DNA from: a virus
Taxonomy: Duplodnaviria; Caudoviricetes
IMG/VR virus record: IMGVR_UViG_3300049825_000213
Span: 1-53,686 of that record
DNA length: 53,686 nt
Reading direction: 5' to 3' (one strand)
Each line of letters begins with the position of its first letter. The stretch's first letter is position 1. Below the pieces are notes generated by a model. The model made no database searches. It was not told where the DNA came from and saw nothing but the letters and a program-made list of their open reading frames with translations. The position numbers were made by a program, and so were the translations under genes. Positions 36,336-46,342 of the stretch are shown piece by piece.

Positions 36336-37448
36336 ATGCTTCTCGCGCTATGGTCTGGGTTCTGGAATGGTACCGTCTGGCGCGGGGCAGGGACAGAAAC
36401 CGGTAATGCTAGGTTTCTACTCGGCGGCGCGACGCTGGGCGAAGTTCCGATTACGGCTATCAATGGGCTGGCCGCCAAGACGCTGACTGCGGCGTCCGGC
36501 TCGTATTCGTTCACCGGTACAAACGCATCGGTCCTGCACAAGTGGATCGATACGGCAGGCGTCGGAAGCTACACCCTGACGGGGGCAGTAGCCTCTCCGC
36601 TGCACAAGTGGATCGTTACTGCGGCGTCCGGCTCGTATTCGTTAATAGGAACTGCGGCGGCGGTTCTACATGGCTGGCGCGTTACCTCCGCTGCTGGCAG
36701 CTATGTGTTTACCGGAACGGCTGTCTCCGTTCTGCATCAATGGAAGGTTACAGCTGGCGCCGGGTCCTATGTCGTAACAGGTGCACCTGCCAGTTTGTTG
36801 CATGCATGGCGCCTGACGGCTGCGGCTGGCTCCTATACGATCAACGGCCAAGCTGCGAGTTTGCTGCACAAATGGCGTTTGACGGCGGCCGGCGGGTCAT
36901 ACGCGATAACAGGATCAGCGGCAACCCTTACGGTTTCTAGCGCTGCCTCTACAGGCAGTGGTATTCGGTATTATCAATCCGGGCTGCCGCTGATCGCGTT
37001 ACGGTTTGGGTTCAAGCCGCTTGGTTCGCCAGCCGCCGCCGCCTCGGTCGTCAGGCACCGGGCGCAATACTCAGGCATCAGGCCGGCCAAGAAGCACAAG
37101 GGGAAGAAGGGCGCGGTCGTCGCGCCGATCGCACAGGAGCCGGTCGCGCTCCCGCCTCTGGTTATCGGGCGGGGCCGCGCGCGCGAGACCTTTGCGGATG
37201 CAGCACATGGCCTTGGTCATGTCTGTGTCATCGGTCTTGGCTGGGAACGCGAGGACGGGCGCGGGCGGGATATATGTCACGGAGCTGGCATTGTCGCAAT
37301 CTATGGTGTGGCCAGTTTCCGTGAAGACTTTGATGAGGATATGGCATTTGCGACGGGCAGCATTCGCAGCGACGAGGACGAGGCTATTGCGGCTTTGACT
37401 CAATTCATGCCATTCATGCCGTGGACGAATATCAAGGAAGACGCATAA
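36336..37448 (+). CDS. Cassette 1 closer: 22-aa repeat protein ending SDEDEA
   Basis: About 7 repeats of TAxxGSYxxTGxxAxxLHxW, then RFGFKPLG, a Lys-rich patch and RSDEDEAIAAL..FMPF. Confidence 0.75.
   Translation: MLLALWSGFWNGTVWRGAGTETGNARFLLGGATLGEVPITAINGLAAKTLTAASGSYSFTGTNASVLHKWIDTAGVGSYTLTGAVASPLHKWIVTAASGSYSLIGTAAAVLHGWRVTSAAGSYVFTGTAVSVLHQWKVTAGAGSYVVTGAPASLLHAWRLTAAAGSYTINGQAASLLHKWRLTAAGGSYAITGSAATLTVSSAASTGSGIRYYQSGLPLIALRFGFKPLGSPAAAASVVRHRAQYSGIRPAKKHKGKKGAVVAPIAQEPVALPPLVIGRGRARETFADAAHGLGHVCVIGLGWEREDGRGRDICHGAGIVAIYGVASFREDFDEDMAFATGSIRSDEDEAIAALTQFMPFMPWTNIKEDA
36949..37078 (+). repeat. 130-bp direct repeat, copy 1 (copy 2 at 41121-41250)
   Basis: 117/130 identical by eye, last 76 bp identical; same reading frame in both genes. 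Confidence 0.92.
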
Positions 37449-37469
37449 CTTTATGTTTTAAAAGGATAA

Positions 37470-37835
37470 ATGATGCAGTATTCTCTCGAAATGAAGAATA
37501 TCCGCATGGCGGCCATGCGCGACGCGCTTGTGGGGGGTAGTCTCGAAATTACTACTTCCACGGGGCAGGTCCTTGTTTCCTTGCCCATTACGAGCGGGCA
37601 GGTTGATAACGCTGTGCTTACCATGTTGGCTGTGCCAACGGTTGCGGCAGCGGATGGTGATGCTGCTTGGGGGTATCTGCTCAGTAAAGATCGAACGGTT
37701 TTTATCGACGTCCTTCGAATTGCGGGTGCGGAAACGCCTGAGGCAAAGTCCGCTGAAATTGTTATAGCCACGACGCGGATTGGTCGTGGCGGTGTTGTAA
37801 CGCCGGGCGCGATGACGATCGGACATTCTCAATAG
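37470..37835 (+). CDS. Cassette 2 opener (paralogue of 33003..33350)
   Basis: YSLEMKNIRMAAMRDALVGGSLEITT. Confidence 0.75.
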   Translation: MMQYSLEMKNIRMAAMRDALVGGSLEITTSTGQVLVSLPITSGQVDNAVLTMLAVPTVAAADGDAAWGYLLSKDRTVFIDVLRIAGAETPEAKSAEIVIATTRIGRGGVVTPGAMTIGHSQ

Positions 37836-37847
37836 GGGCCTATGTAA

Positions 37848-38729
37848 ATGAAACTAATTAAAGCTATCGGCGCGACATCCGAGATATGGCAAATTTTCAT
37901 CATGGACTCGTCAAGCTCGACGGGTGCCGGGCTTGCAGGTCTGGTGTTCAACTCGGCTGGTTTGACAGCCTATTATCATCGCGACACGGACACGACCGCC
38001 ACGGCGATCACTCTTGTTACGATGACCGTTGGGACATTCACATCGTCGGGTTTCAAAGAAATCGATGCCACCAACATGCCGGGCTGGTATCAGTTCTGCC
38101 CGCCCAATGCGGCGCTGGCGTCCGGCGCGAAATCATGCGGCTTCCATCTCAAGGGCGCGACCAACATGGCCCCGCTGCCGATCGAGGTGCAGTTGGTGGC
38201 GTACAACCCAGAGGACGCTGTTCGACTTGGGCTCACGGCATTGCCTAATGCGGCGGCAGAAGCTGCGGGCGGGCTTTATACACGAGGCACCGGAGCGGGC
38301 CAAATTAACCAGCCAGCCAACGGGAATATCGACGCCAATGTCAAGACCTGGCTTGGTGGCACCATTCCTGCTGTTACAGTTACGGGCGTTCCTCTCGTCG
38401 ACGTGAAGTACATACTCGGCACAATCAGTCCAGCGCCTGTCGGGTCCGTTGCGGTCAGTTCAAATATCAAAAAGAACGCATCCGGCCGCATTACATTCGT
38501 GATGACCGACTCAACCACGCACGCACCCAAGACGGGCTGTACCGTCACGTCACAGGTCTCGCTTGATGGGGCGGCTTTGGCATCGTGCACCAATAGCGCA
38601 TCCGAAATTGGTAGCGGGCTTTACACGCTGGTCCTGGCGGCGGCTGACACAAATGCCAACGAACTCGCATATCGGTTCACGGCATCATCCGCCGATGATC
38701 TTGTCATTGAGCGGGTAACCCAGCCATGA
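37848..38729 (+). CDS. Structural protein with two related domains
   Basis: EIDATNMPGWY and EIGSGLY motifs, reminiscent of BppU-like baseplate domains. Confidence 0.6.
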   Translation: MKLIKAIGATSEIWQIFIMDSSSSTGAGLAGLVFNSAGLTAYYHRDTDTTATAITLVTMTVGTFTSSGFKEIDATNMPGWYQFCPPNAALASGAKSCGFHLKGATNMAPLPIEVQLVAYNPEDAVRLGLTALPNAAAEAAGGLYTRGTGAGQINQPANGNIDANVKTWLGGTIPAVTVTGVPLVDVKYILGTISPAPVGSVAVSSNIKKNASGRITFVMTDSTTHAPKTGCTVTSQVSLDGAALASCTNSASEIGSGLYTLVLAAADTNANELAYRFTASSADDLVIERVTQP

Positions 38730-39514
38730 GTCTGAGACGCGGAGGGTTGGATGGTTTGACGCTCGATAGCATGGGATACTTTTCGGGCGGCGCGGCGGCA
38801 TGGACGCCAGCCTCTCTTAGCGGGTTAAAACTATGGCTTGATGCAAGCGTGAGCGGGAGCATCACTCTTAGTGGTAGCGACGTTACACAATGGGATGATC
38901 AAAGTGGTAATGGTAATAATGTCGTGCAGGCGACTAGCGCCCGGCGGCCGACATATAGCGCAACGGGATTTAACGGCAGCAAACCAGGAATTACTTGTGT
39001 TGCTGCTAATTCTCAATTTTTGAGGAATACATCGATAGGGTTCAATTCGTCGACCGGGTACATTTTTGTTGTTCAAACGAATAGTGACAGCAATCCAAGT
39101 AACGGCGGAATTATCTGTTTTGTTGGTTCATCTGCTACGAATGATTTCGGATTCGATCAGTCATTTATATTAGCTGTAAACGGGTCGTCTCCAGTTAAGT
39201 ACAGGATGACGAGCAACGCATACGATGATGCTCAACAAACTTCGACATTAAACACACCACAAGTCATTGGTTGGATATTTAATGGGGCGAGCACAACAGG
39301 ATATCTTGATTTTTCTGCTGACACAGCAGGAACGAAGAGCGGCGCTCTTGGCAATACGACGGCCGATATCGCCCTTGGCTCACGGCCATGGAATGGCAAC
39401 ACACCGTCATTTGACGGTGTATTTGCAGAGATCGTTCTTGGCGAGGGGGTGCCCTCTGCGGGAGATTTGACGAGTTTCCACTCATACTGTCAAGCCAAAT
39501 GGGGAACTTCGTAA
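38726..39514 (+). CDS. Concanavalin A/LamG-like lectin-fold protein
   Basis: WTPASL...LWLDAS...VTQWDDQSGNGNN...FDGVFAEI...KWG. Confidence 0.7.
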   Translation: MSLRRGGLDGLTLDSMGYFSGGAAAWTPASLSGLKLWLDASVSGSITLSGSDVTQWDDQSGNGNNVVQATSARRPTYSATGFNGSKPGITCVAANSQFLRNTSIGFNSSTGYIFVVQTNSDSNPSNGGIICFVGSSATNDFGFDQSFILAVNGSSPVKYRMTSNAYDDAQQTSTLNTPQVIGWIFNGASTTGYLDFSADTAGTKSGALGNTTADIALGSRPWNGNTPSFDGVFAEIVLGEGVPSAGDLTSFHSYCQAKWGTS

Positions 39515-40960
39515 GTGACAACTTTCAATTTCGTCACCGACTGCGGCGCTCCGACGAACGGGACAAGCGATGCCTCTCCAGCTGTTGATTACTGGCTGGC
39601 GAATGCGGCTGATGGTGACACTCTGTTCATGCCGGCGTATAGTTATAATTTCGCATCTACCATCACTCTGACAGCAGGTTTGAAAAATATTACGGTCAAT
39701 GGAACTGGTGCCATAGTCAGTAACCTATACATTGGCCATCAGAACTTGTTGATCCAGGACTACGTTCACAGCGCTCGAATTCAAACTGTCGCCGCGACCG
39801 CTACCAGCGCAACCCTTGTGACAGGTGCGCAGATTTCAAGGTTTTCGGTTGGGCAGTATATTATGATCGCGGGTCTAGGACTCCAAACACCGAACAGCTT
39901 CCCGCCGAACTTTCAGTATGTTGAGTTTCGCCAGATCACTGGGATTGCTGGCTCAACAATAACGTGGATCGAACCTCTCAGGTTTGCCTACAAGTCTACA
40001 TGGCCGTTGGTTGATCCTGGCGTAACTGCATCATACGACATGGGTGGACCGGCGACGGCTTACGCGCTGTCGGAGAACTTTGACTGTCAACAGACTTACC
40101 GCGGCCTTACCGTGACAGGTTCGCCCGGGGTTGGCATCAGTTGTGCAGCTGGTAGGAGCCTTATTCTAGATGGGATGACATTCACTTCAAATAATGGGCC
40201 ATCGATTAGTTTTGGCAAGACTATATCGGTCAGAAATAGCGCCGTTGGGGCACAGAACGAGATTGATAAATGCATTGAAACTGCCGAATACATCAATTGC
40301 ACAGGAGCGCAGCTGTATATGGCTAGCGCGTGTCCTGGTGTGTTGACAGTCAAAAACAACTGCCGAATCGACGCAATAAACGGAACTGGCTACGACACCT
40401 TCATTCGTGATACTTGCTCGATTGGGCTCATGTTTATTGGATCGGCAGGCTTTGGTCGAAGTAATCGTTTGATCGTCGACGATACCGTAACTATTGCTGT
40501 TTCTGGCTCTGGGCTGAATACCGGAACGGCAAAGCATGTTACTGCGTTATCCTCAATGACATTCAGTGGCGGCGTATTTACGATCGCAAATGCTGGCGAC
40601 CTATACAACAATCTTCGACTATTCGTGCCTGGATTCAAGTATGCGGTAGGCTACGACTCTGGCGACGGCTCAATCAACATCGTCGACAATCTTGGAGCTA
40701 TTACCTATTTCACTGTGACGGACATGACCCAGGATGCATCAAATACGTACATTGCAACGGACCTCGTGGCGATACCGGGCGGGACGTACGTAGGCCATGC
40801 GGCCAATGCGATTTACGCCTATGGGGTGAAATCATTGCAGCCGTCGTCATCGTTTATGGCCAGCCTCACGGCGGCCGTAGAACCTGGCGGCGCTGTTCCG
40901 GCTGTAACAGTCAGCAACATAAACAAATCGAGGCACTATCCGCACCACGGCGGGCACTAA
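39515..40960 (+). CDS. Beta-helix tailspike/depolymerase-like protein
   Basis: FVTDCGAPTNGTSDASPA...TLFMPAYSY pectate-lyase-superfamily N-terminal motif. Confidence 0.65.
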   Translation: MTTFNFVTDCGAPTNGTSDASPAVDYWLANAADGDTLFMPAYSYNFASTITLTAGLKNITVNGTGAIVSNLYIGHQNLLIQDYVHSARIQTVAATATSATLVTGAQISRFSVGQYIMIAGLGLQTPNSFPPNFQYVEFRQITGIAGSTITWIEPLRFAYKSTWPLVDPGVTASYDMGGPATAYALSENFDCQQTYRGLTVTGSPGVGISCAAGRSLILDGMTFTSNNGPSISFGKTISVRNSAVGAQNEIDKCIETAEYINCTGAQLYMASACPGVLTVKNNCRIDAINGTGYDTFIRDTCSIGLMFIGSAGFGRSNRLIVDDTVTIAVSGSGLNTGTAKHVTALSSMTFSGGVFTIANAGDLYNNLRLFVPGFKYAVGYDSGDGSINIVDNLGAITYFTVTDMTQDASNTYIATDLVAIPGGTYVGHAANAIYAYGVKSLQPSSSFMASLTAAVEPGGAVPAVTVSNINKSRHYPHHGGH

Positions 40961-41557
40961 ATGATCGGGCTGGTCTCAACCATACGATTCGGGTTTGCTC
41001 CGCTTGGGATACCGAATACAGGATTGGGCTCTAGCCAGAATAAGACCCAAGGCGGACTTCCGCAAGGTGCGATCAGGTTTGGGTTTAGACCGCGCGGGAC
41101 GGCAAGCAGCGGTGTTGTCGCTACAGGCAGCGGTGTTCGGCATTATCAATCCGGGCTACCGCCCGGTGCAGTCAGGTTTGGGTTCAAGCCGCTTGGTTCG
41201 CCAGCCGCCGCCGCCTCGGTCGTCAGGCACCGGGCGCAATACTCAGGCATTGAACTACCCAAAAGCAAGAGAAAGAAAAAAAAACAGCTTGTCGAGATCA
41301 CGCTGGCGCTCACTGCGATCGAGCGTGGTGCAGATAGTGCTACGTGTCGTGTAGGTTACGAGATTCCTGTCGCGTTTCTGTCGGCTGAGCATTGCGGCGA
41401 TGTCTTGGTTCCGTTTACAATGAGTATCGCTTATCCGTTGGCGTTAAACTCCCGCGAGACAGGTGACGACACTGCCCAGATGACTACGACCTACCGCAGT
41501 GATGAAGACGAGGCGATGGCAACATTGTTCAACCTCATGCCATTTCTTGGCAAATAG
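40961..41557 (+). CDS. Cassette 2 closer ending SDEDEA
   Basis: Three RFGFxPxG motifs, a Lys-rich patch and RSDEDEAMATLFNLMPF. Confidence 0.75.
   Translation: MIGLVSTIRFGFAPLGIPNTGLGSSQNKTQGGLPQGAIRFGFRPRGTASSGVVATGSGVRHYQSGLPPGAVRFGFKPLGSPAAAASVVRHRAQYSGIELPKSKRKKKKQLVEITLALTAIERGADSATCRVGYEIPVAFLSAEHCGDVLVPFTMSIAYPLALNSRETGDDTAQMTTTYRSDEDEAMATLFNLMPFLGK
41121..41250 (+). repeat. 130-bp direct repeat, copy 2
   Basis: Matches 36949-37078; offset 4172 bp. Confidence 0.92.
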
Positions 41558-41569
41558 GGATTCTGTTAA

Positions 41570-44179
41570 ATGGCCGAACGCGATGATTGCGTAGACAGGG
41601 TTGTGAGGGCTTCGGGTGGCCGGCTGTCGCGTGAGAAGGCTATGGACTTCCTCGAAGAGATAGACGCACGGGCTGAATCGGCAGGTCCAAGCTCTGCGGG
41701 AATGGGGGAAAAGCTGTCCAAGGCTGCGGCAGAGCTTGAAGACAAATATGCCGAGGCCGCTGCAGTAGCGCGCCGCAAAGCGCGGGTTGAGGCCATAAAG
41801 GAAATCGACGCAAAAAAGTATATCAAGCGCGCGCCAACTGTGGCGCAAGGGTTGGAGGCACTGTTCGGCGGCGTCAATACGCCATTTGCGGGCAGTCGGC
41901 TGTCTGTCGATGCACAATACAACAGCCTGAAACGAGAGCTTCTTGGCGGCATGATGGCTGAGATGCAGAGCACCAAAACTCCGGGCCTGCCGGATGGCGG
42001 TCTTGAAAAGCTGTTCCTGTCCCAGTCTATTGAACGAAAATGGATGAAAGAGCTTCACGAGATCAATAAGCTGTCTGGTGGAAAGCCTGGCGTCACGGGC
42101 GACAAGGAGGCGTTAGCCATTGCAGAGATTATTCAGCGTTGGCAAGGGCGCTCGATCGAGCGAATGAATCAGGAGGGGGCTTGGGTCAAGAGCTATTCTG
42201 GATATATCACGCGGACCTCGCATGATTCAGATCGCATTCGCCGTGCCGGAATGTCTCGGTGGATCGATGATACAATGAAGCATCTTGATGTTGAGCGCAC
42301 ATTTGGCAGCGCCGATCCAGCCGCAGCACGCAAGCATCTGGAGACTCTATATCCACAATTTGTGACTGGTGATCACTTGGATTACTCGCACATATTGGAC
42401 GATGCAGACTCCATTTTGCTTGATGTCGATTTTGCCAAGAAGGTGTCTGCGCATCGAGAACTGCATTGGAAGGACGCCGATTCGTGGGCCGATTACAATC
42501 AGGTCTACGGAAGATTTTCACCAACCTTCGCCATCACTCATGCGCTTGAAAATGCTGCACGAGTTACCGCTTTGATGGGGCGCCTTGGCCCGCGTCCAAC
42601 CGAAATGCTTAACAGAATAATTCGAGACCTCAAAGGAGAGTTGCGCGACAAAAATTCGGATGGATATCGAGAACTTGCAAAGAAGGAGCAATTTATCCGG
42701 AATCTTCTTGCACAATTTGATGGTACAGCAGCTATGCCTGTCAATGCCACCATGGCTACGATCGGAGCTGATATTCGGGCGGTCGGGTCCATGTCGAAGC
42801 TTGGTATGACCCCCTTTGCAATGCTTGCCGACCTCGCCACAAAAGCATCCGAGCTTCGTTATCAGGGTATGTCGTTTCCGGAGCGGTTCGGCGCCGCCAT
42901 GGTTGGCTACGTCAAGGAAATGCCTGACGAGATGGGCAGATCAGTTGCTGCGTTGATCGGCCACAGTATGGAAAGCGAGATAGGTCAGATCAACCGGCAA
43001 CTCAGTGTAGGAGGCAATGAGCTCCCTTCTGGACGAGGATGGGAGAAGGTTCACAACGCAATCTCCAGAGCCGAGAAGCAATTCTTCAGGCTGACGCTGA
43101 TGAACGCGATGACGTTTAACCAACGTCACCACGCAGAGCGCGTGATGGCTGAGCACTTCGGCGGGTTGCGCGGCACTGCTTTTGACGCACTTCCCGAGGC
43201 CGAACGCCGCATGATGACGGTCTTCGATATCGGTAAGCCAGAATGGGATGCTCTTCACAAGGTCGAATGGAATGATGTTGGAGGCACGACATATTTCACA
43301 CCTGATATTGCAAAGCGTCTGAGCGACCAGGACGTGAAAGCATACCTCATTGAGGCCGGACGACTGCACAAGAACGCAGGCACCGGAGAATATGTGGACT
43401 TCAGCGTAAAGAAGGCGCGCGACGATCTGAGCCTAAAAATTGCGTCATACTTCGCGGATCGTGGGCAATATGCTGTGCTTGAGCCTGGGGCGCGTGAGAA
43501 GGCCATGTTGTTCGGCGGCGCCGGGCGTGACTGGGCACGCGGAACCGTCAAGGGCGAAGCGTGGCGAATGTTCATGCAGTTCAAGACATTTACCGCAACC
43601 ATGCTGATGAAAACCTGGGGGCGCGAAATATACGGCGGACAGGGCACGGCTGGGGCGGCGGCCGGGGTTGCCGAGTTCGTGGTCTATGCGACCGCCCTTG
43701 GCATCATGGCCAATGCGATGAACCAATTGGCCAAAGGGCAGGACCCGACCAGCCGATGGAAGGAGCAACCAGGCGGGGCGATCCTGGCCGGCTTTATCCG
43801 AGGTGGCGCCGGCGCGATCTACGGCGACTTTCTCCTGGGCGAATGGTCACGACATGGTCAGTCGCTTCTTGGAACCCTGGCAGGTCCTACATTTGGGCAA
43901 CTTGAAACGGCCGCCACGATATGGTCGGACATCACCCATGCCAAGGATGGTCATTGGAAGGCCGGACATGCGACGGCTGGAACTGCACTGAAGCTGGTGC
44001 GCGACAACACGCCATTCGCCAACATGATCTATACGAAGTACGCCGTCGATGCGCTGATCTATTGGCGTATGGCGGAATGGATTTCCCCCGGCTTTTTGGA
44101 TCGCCACGAGCGCACCATGAAGGACAAGCAGGGAATCAAGTATATCGACGAACTACGTCCCACACGGGTAGCGAGATAA
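41570..44179 (+). CDS. Internal virion (ejection) protein, gp16-like C-terminal part
   Basis: GTVKGEAWRMFMQFKTF, GGAGAIYGDFL, LAGP and TPFANMIY motifs. Confidence 0.8.
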   Translation: MAERDDCVDRVVRASGGRLSREKAMDFLEEIDARAESAGPSSAGMGEKLSKAAAELEDKYAEAAAVARRKARVEAIKEIDAKKYIKRAPTVAQGLEALFGGVNTPFAGSRLSVDAQYNSLKRELLGGMMAEMQSTKTPGLPDGGLEKLFLSQSIERKWMKELHEINKLSGGKPGVTGDKEALAIAEIIQRWQGRSIERMNQEGAWVKSYSGYITRTSHDSDRIRRAGMSRWIDDTMKHLDVERTFGSADPAAARKHLETLYPQFVTGDHLDYSHILDDADSILLDVDFAKKVSAHRELHWKDADSWADYNQVYGRFSPTFAITHALENAARVTALMGRLGPRPTEMLNRIIRDLKGELRDKNSDGYRELAKKEQFIRNLLAQFDGTAAMPVNATMATIGADIRAVGSMSKLGMTPFAMLADLATKASELRYQGMSFPERFGAAMVGYVKEMPDEMGRSVAALIGHSMESEIGQINRQLSVGGNELPSGRGWEKVHNAISRAEKQFFRLTLMNAMTFNQRHHAERVMAEHFGGLRGTAFDALPEAERRMMTVFDIGKPEWDALHKVEWNDVGGTTYFTPDIAKRLSDQDVKAYLIEAGRLHKNAGTGEYVDFSVKKARDDLSLKIASYFADRGQYAVLEPGAREKAMLFGGAGRDWARGTVKGEAWRMFMQFKTFTATMLMKTWGREIYGGQGTAGAAAGVAEFVVYATALGIMANAMNQLAKGQDPTSRWKEQPGGAILAGFIRGGAGAIYGDFLLGEWSRHGQSLLGTLAGPTFGQLETAATIWSDITHAKDGHWKAGHATAGTALKLVRDNTPFANMIYTKYAVDALIYWRMAEWISPGFLDRHERTMKDKQGIKYIDELRPTRVAR

Positions 44180-44183
44180 TCAG

Positions 44184-45701
44184 ATGGCAATTACTGATCG
44201 TTCTGGCGGCGTTGTTGCGGCCGGCAATCCGACCATGACCGACCGGCGTACTGGCATCATTGCAGGAATCGCTTGCAAGGCGCCGTGCCGCGCGGCATCG
44301 ACGGCCGCCATTACGCTCTCCGGACCGCGGACAGTCGACGGGGTTTCCTGTGTTGCCGGCGACCGCGTACTGGTCAAGGACCAAGCATCTACCGCATTCA
44401 ATGGTATCTATGACGTTGCAAATGGCGCGTGGACGCGCTCGACGGACTTTGACTCGATTGACGAGATTGCTCGCGGTACCATGGTGATCGTGGCGTCTGA
44501 AGGGGCGACAAATCCAAATTCATTGTGGTTTGTAACATCAGCAGACCCGACCGCTATGGACACTTCTCCGATCACGTTTTCCAACTTGCTGGTCGTGTTG
44601 TCTGGAACGCCTACCCTAACCGGCCTTACGCTCACATCGAGTGATGCTGGCGCCGCTGTTGGGCCTTCGCTCGATAATTTCCGTGACAGCGCAAGTCCGG
44701 CGGTCAGTGATTTCATTGGTAGTTTTGATTTCAACGGCCGTGATTCGGTTGGCAATAAGCAGCTTTATTCGCGGCTTATGTCGCAGATCACTGATCCTAT
44801 CTCGACAACAGAAGATGCTACCATCTTGATGCAGACCGTTGTGGCCGGCACGCTGACCACTATTCTGTCGTTGGCCGCGGCTGGGGCAGCTATTACTGGC
44901 ACGCTGAGTGCGACCGGCAAAGCAAGCTTTACCAACACGACGACAGGAATCGCATTACCCGGCTCGACTACTGGCAATCGTTCGGGAGGGCCTACGGCGG
45001 GGGACATCCGCTATAATACCACCCTCAATGGGCTGGAATACTGGAACGGCACAGCGTGGATCGTGCTGGGGCAGGCGCCGACGATTCAGAAGTTCACAAG
45101 CGGAACAGCGCAGACCTACACAGCGGCTTCCGGCGTGGTGCGACAGCGCGTAACCATAGTAGGGCCCGGCGGTGGCGGCGGTGCAACTATCACTAACAAC
45201 GGGGCAAATGGATCAGCAGATACGTCTTTTCAGGTAAATGGCACTGGAACGGCATGGACAGCTGTCTTTGGGCAAGGTGGGGCAGCCGCTGCGGGCGGGC
45301 CAGGTGGGCAAGGCGGGACTGGCGGAACAGACGGGTCAACTGGAACGCTGGTCGATCGCATAGCTGGAAGCCGTGGGAGTGTTACAAGCCACTCCGGAAC
45401 GAGCAATGTTTCAGGAGGGGACGGAGGCGGAAACCCACGCGGTGGCAATGGTCGCGGCCAGAAAGCCGGCAATGGGGACAGCGCACAACCAAATACAGGA
45501 GCCGGAGGTGGAGGTGGGGCCGCCACAAACATTAATGCTGGGGCGGGCGGCGGCGCTGGTGAATATGTCCAGTTTTTGGTCACGGGACTGACTACGGCCA
45601 CTTACACGGTGGGTGCGGGCGGCGCGGGCGGCGCAGCTGGCACGTTCGCCGGCGGCAACGGTGCGGCTGGGATCATTTTGGTTGAGGAATTTTACTCTTG
45701 A
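44184..45701 (+). CDS. Tail fibre protein with Gly-rich C-terminal domain
   Basis: ITLSG..TVDGV...GDRVLVKDQ...NGIY...WTRSTD; GDIRYN; GGGGG repeats ending GIILVEEF. Confidence 0.8.
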   Translation: MAITDRSGGVVAAGNPTMTDRRTGIIAGIACKAPCRAASTAAITLSGPRTVDGVSCVAGDRVLVKDQASTAFNGIYDVANGAWTRSTDFDSIDEIARGTMVIVASEGATNPNSLWFVTSADPTAMDTSPITFSNLLVVLSGTPTLTGLTLTSSDAGAAVGPSLDNFRDSASPAVSDFIGSFDFNGRDSVGNKQLYSRLMSQITDPISTTEDATILMQTVVAGTLTTILSLAAAGAAITGTLSATGKASFTNTTTGIALPGSTTGNRSGGPTAGDIRYNTTLNGLEYWNGTAWIVLGQAPTIQKFTSGTAQTYTAASGVVRQRVTIVGPGGGGGATITNNGANGSADTSFQVNGTGTAWTAVFGQGGAAAAGGPGGQGGTGGTDGSTGTLVDRIAGSRGSVTSHSGTSNVSGGDGGGNPRGGNGRGQKAGNGDSAQPNTGAGGGGGAATNINAGAGGGAGEYVQFLVTGLTTATYTVGAGGAGGAAGTFAGGNGAAGIILVEEFYS

Positions 45702-45770
45702 ACGTCATAGTTGTTTGGCCTTTTGGGTCTTGTTGGTGTCGTGACAGCAATGAAAACTTGCCACCTCCTC

Positions 45771-45866
45771 CTAACCAAACACCCAGACGATAGCCGCGCA
45801 GACTCCTGCGCCGGTCAGGAATACAAACCAACTCGGTATATACACGTCCTCGATCCAGTCTTGCAT
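45771..45866 (-). CDS. 31-aa single-helix membrane peptide
   Basis: GGAGGA RBS; MQDWIEDVYIPSWFVFLTGAGVCAAIVWVFG. Confidence 0.55.
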   Translation of the reverse strand: MQDWIEDVYIPSWFVFLTGAGVCAAIVWVFG

Positions 45867-45929
45867 CGTATCCTCCATAATGTGGCCAGAGCTACTGAGT
45901 AGTACCAGTAGCTCTGGATGTTATTAAGT

Positions 45930-46006
<77 letters not shown>

Positions 46007-46016
<10 letters not shown>

Positions 46017-46282
46017 GGCGCGGCCTCCCAGGCCTTGATGGCAACGGCGGTCACATCGGTGACTGACGTGACATCTCGCAACTTAATATCGGCGGCGGGG
46101 CCAATACGGCATGTTTTGCTGGGTCCAGACGCGGCAAGTCCGAGAAACCCATGCATGTCGGCACTCCAATACACACAGTTGCGGCCGGCGCGGAGTTTTA
46201 TCGTCGTTCCGCTGGTGTCCTCGGCATAGCCGAAGAACACGCCACGGTGGGCCGTGGTAACGAGTACTGGTCGTTCTGTCAT
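46007..46282 (-). CDS. Conserved phage protein (DUF6948-like)
   Basis: VLVTTAHRGVFFG...CVYWS...GFLGLAASGP; AAGGAGG RBS. Confidence 0.75.
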
Positions 46283-46313
46283 TCAAAACCCTCCTTGTGT
46301 TGTTGGAAAAACT

Positions 46314-46342
46314 AGTGTATTACGGCGAAATGAGAAAGTCAA
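46314..46342 (-). promoter_or_regulatory. Sigma70 promoter for the reverse-strand moron
   Basis: TTGACT, 17-bp spacer, TACACT; overlaps the RHH start codon. Confidence 0.7.

Noticed and set aside
36949-41250. Diversity-generating retroelement TR/VR pair, expected in some BPP-1-like phages
   Set aside because: Mismatches are not confined to adenines in either copy, both copies are mid-gene and coding, and I see no reverse transcriptase ORF.
33003-41557. Invertase shufflon or integron
   Set aside because: All genes are on one strand, the repeats are direct, and there is no recognisable recombinase or attC-like site.
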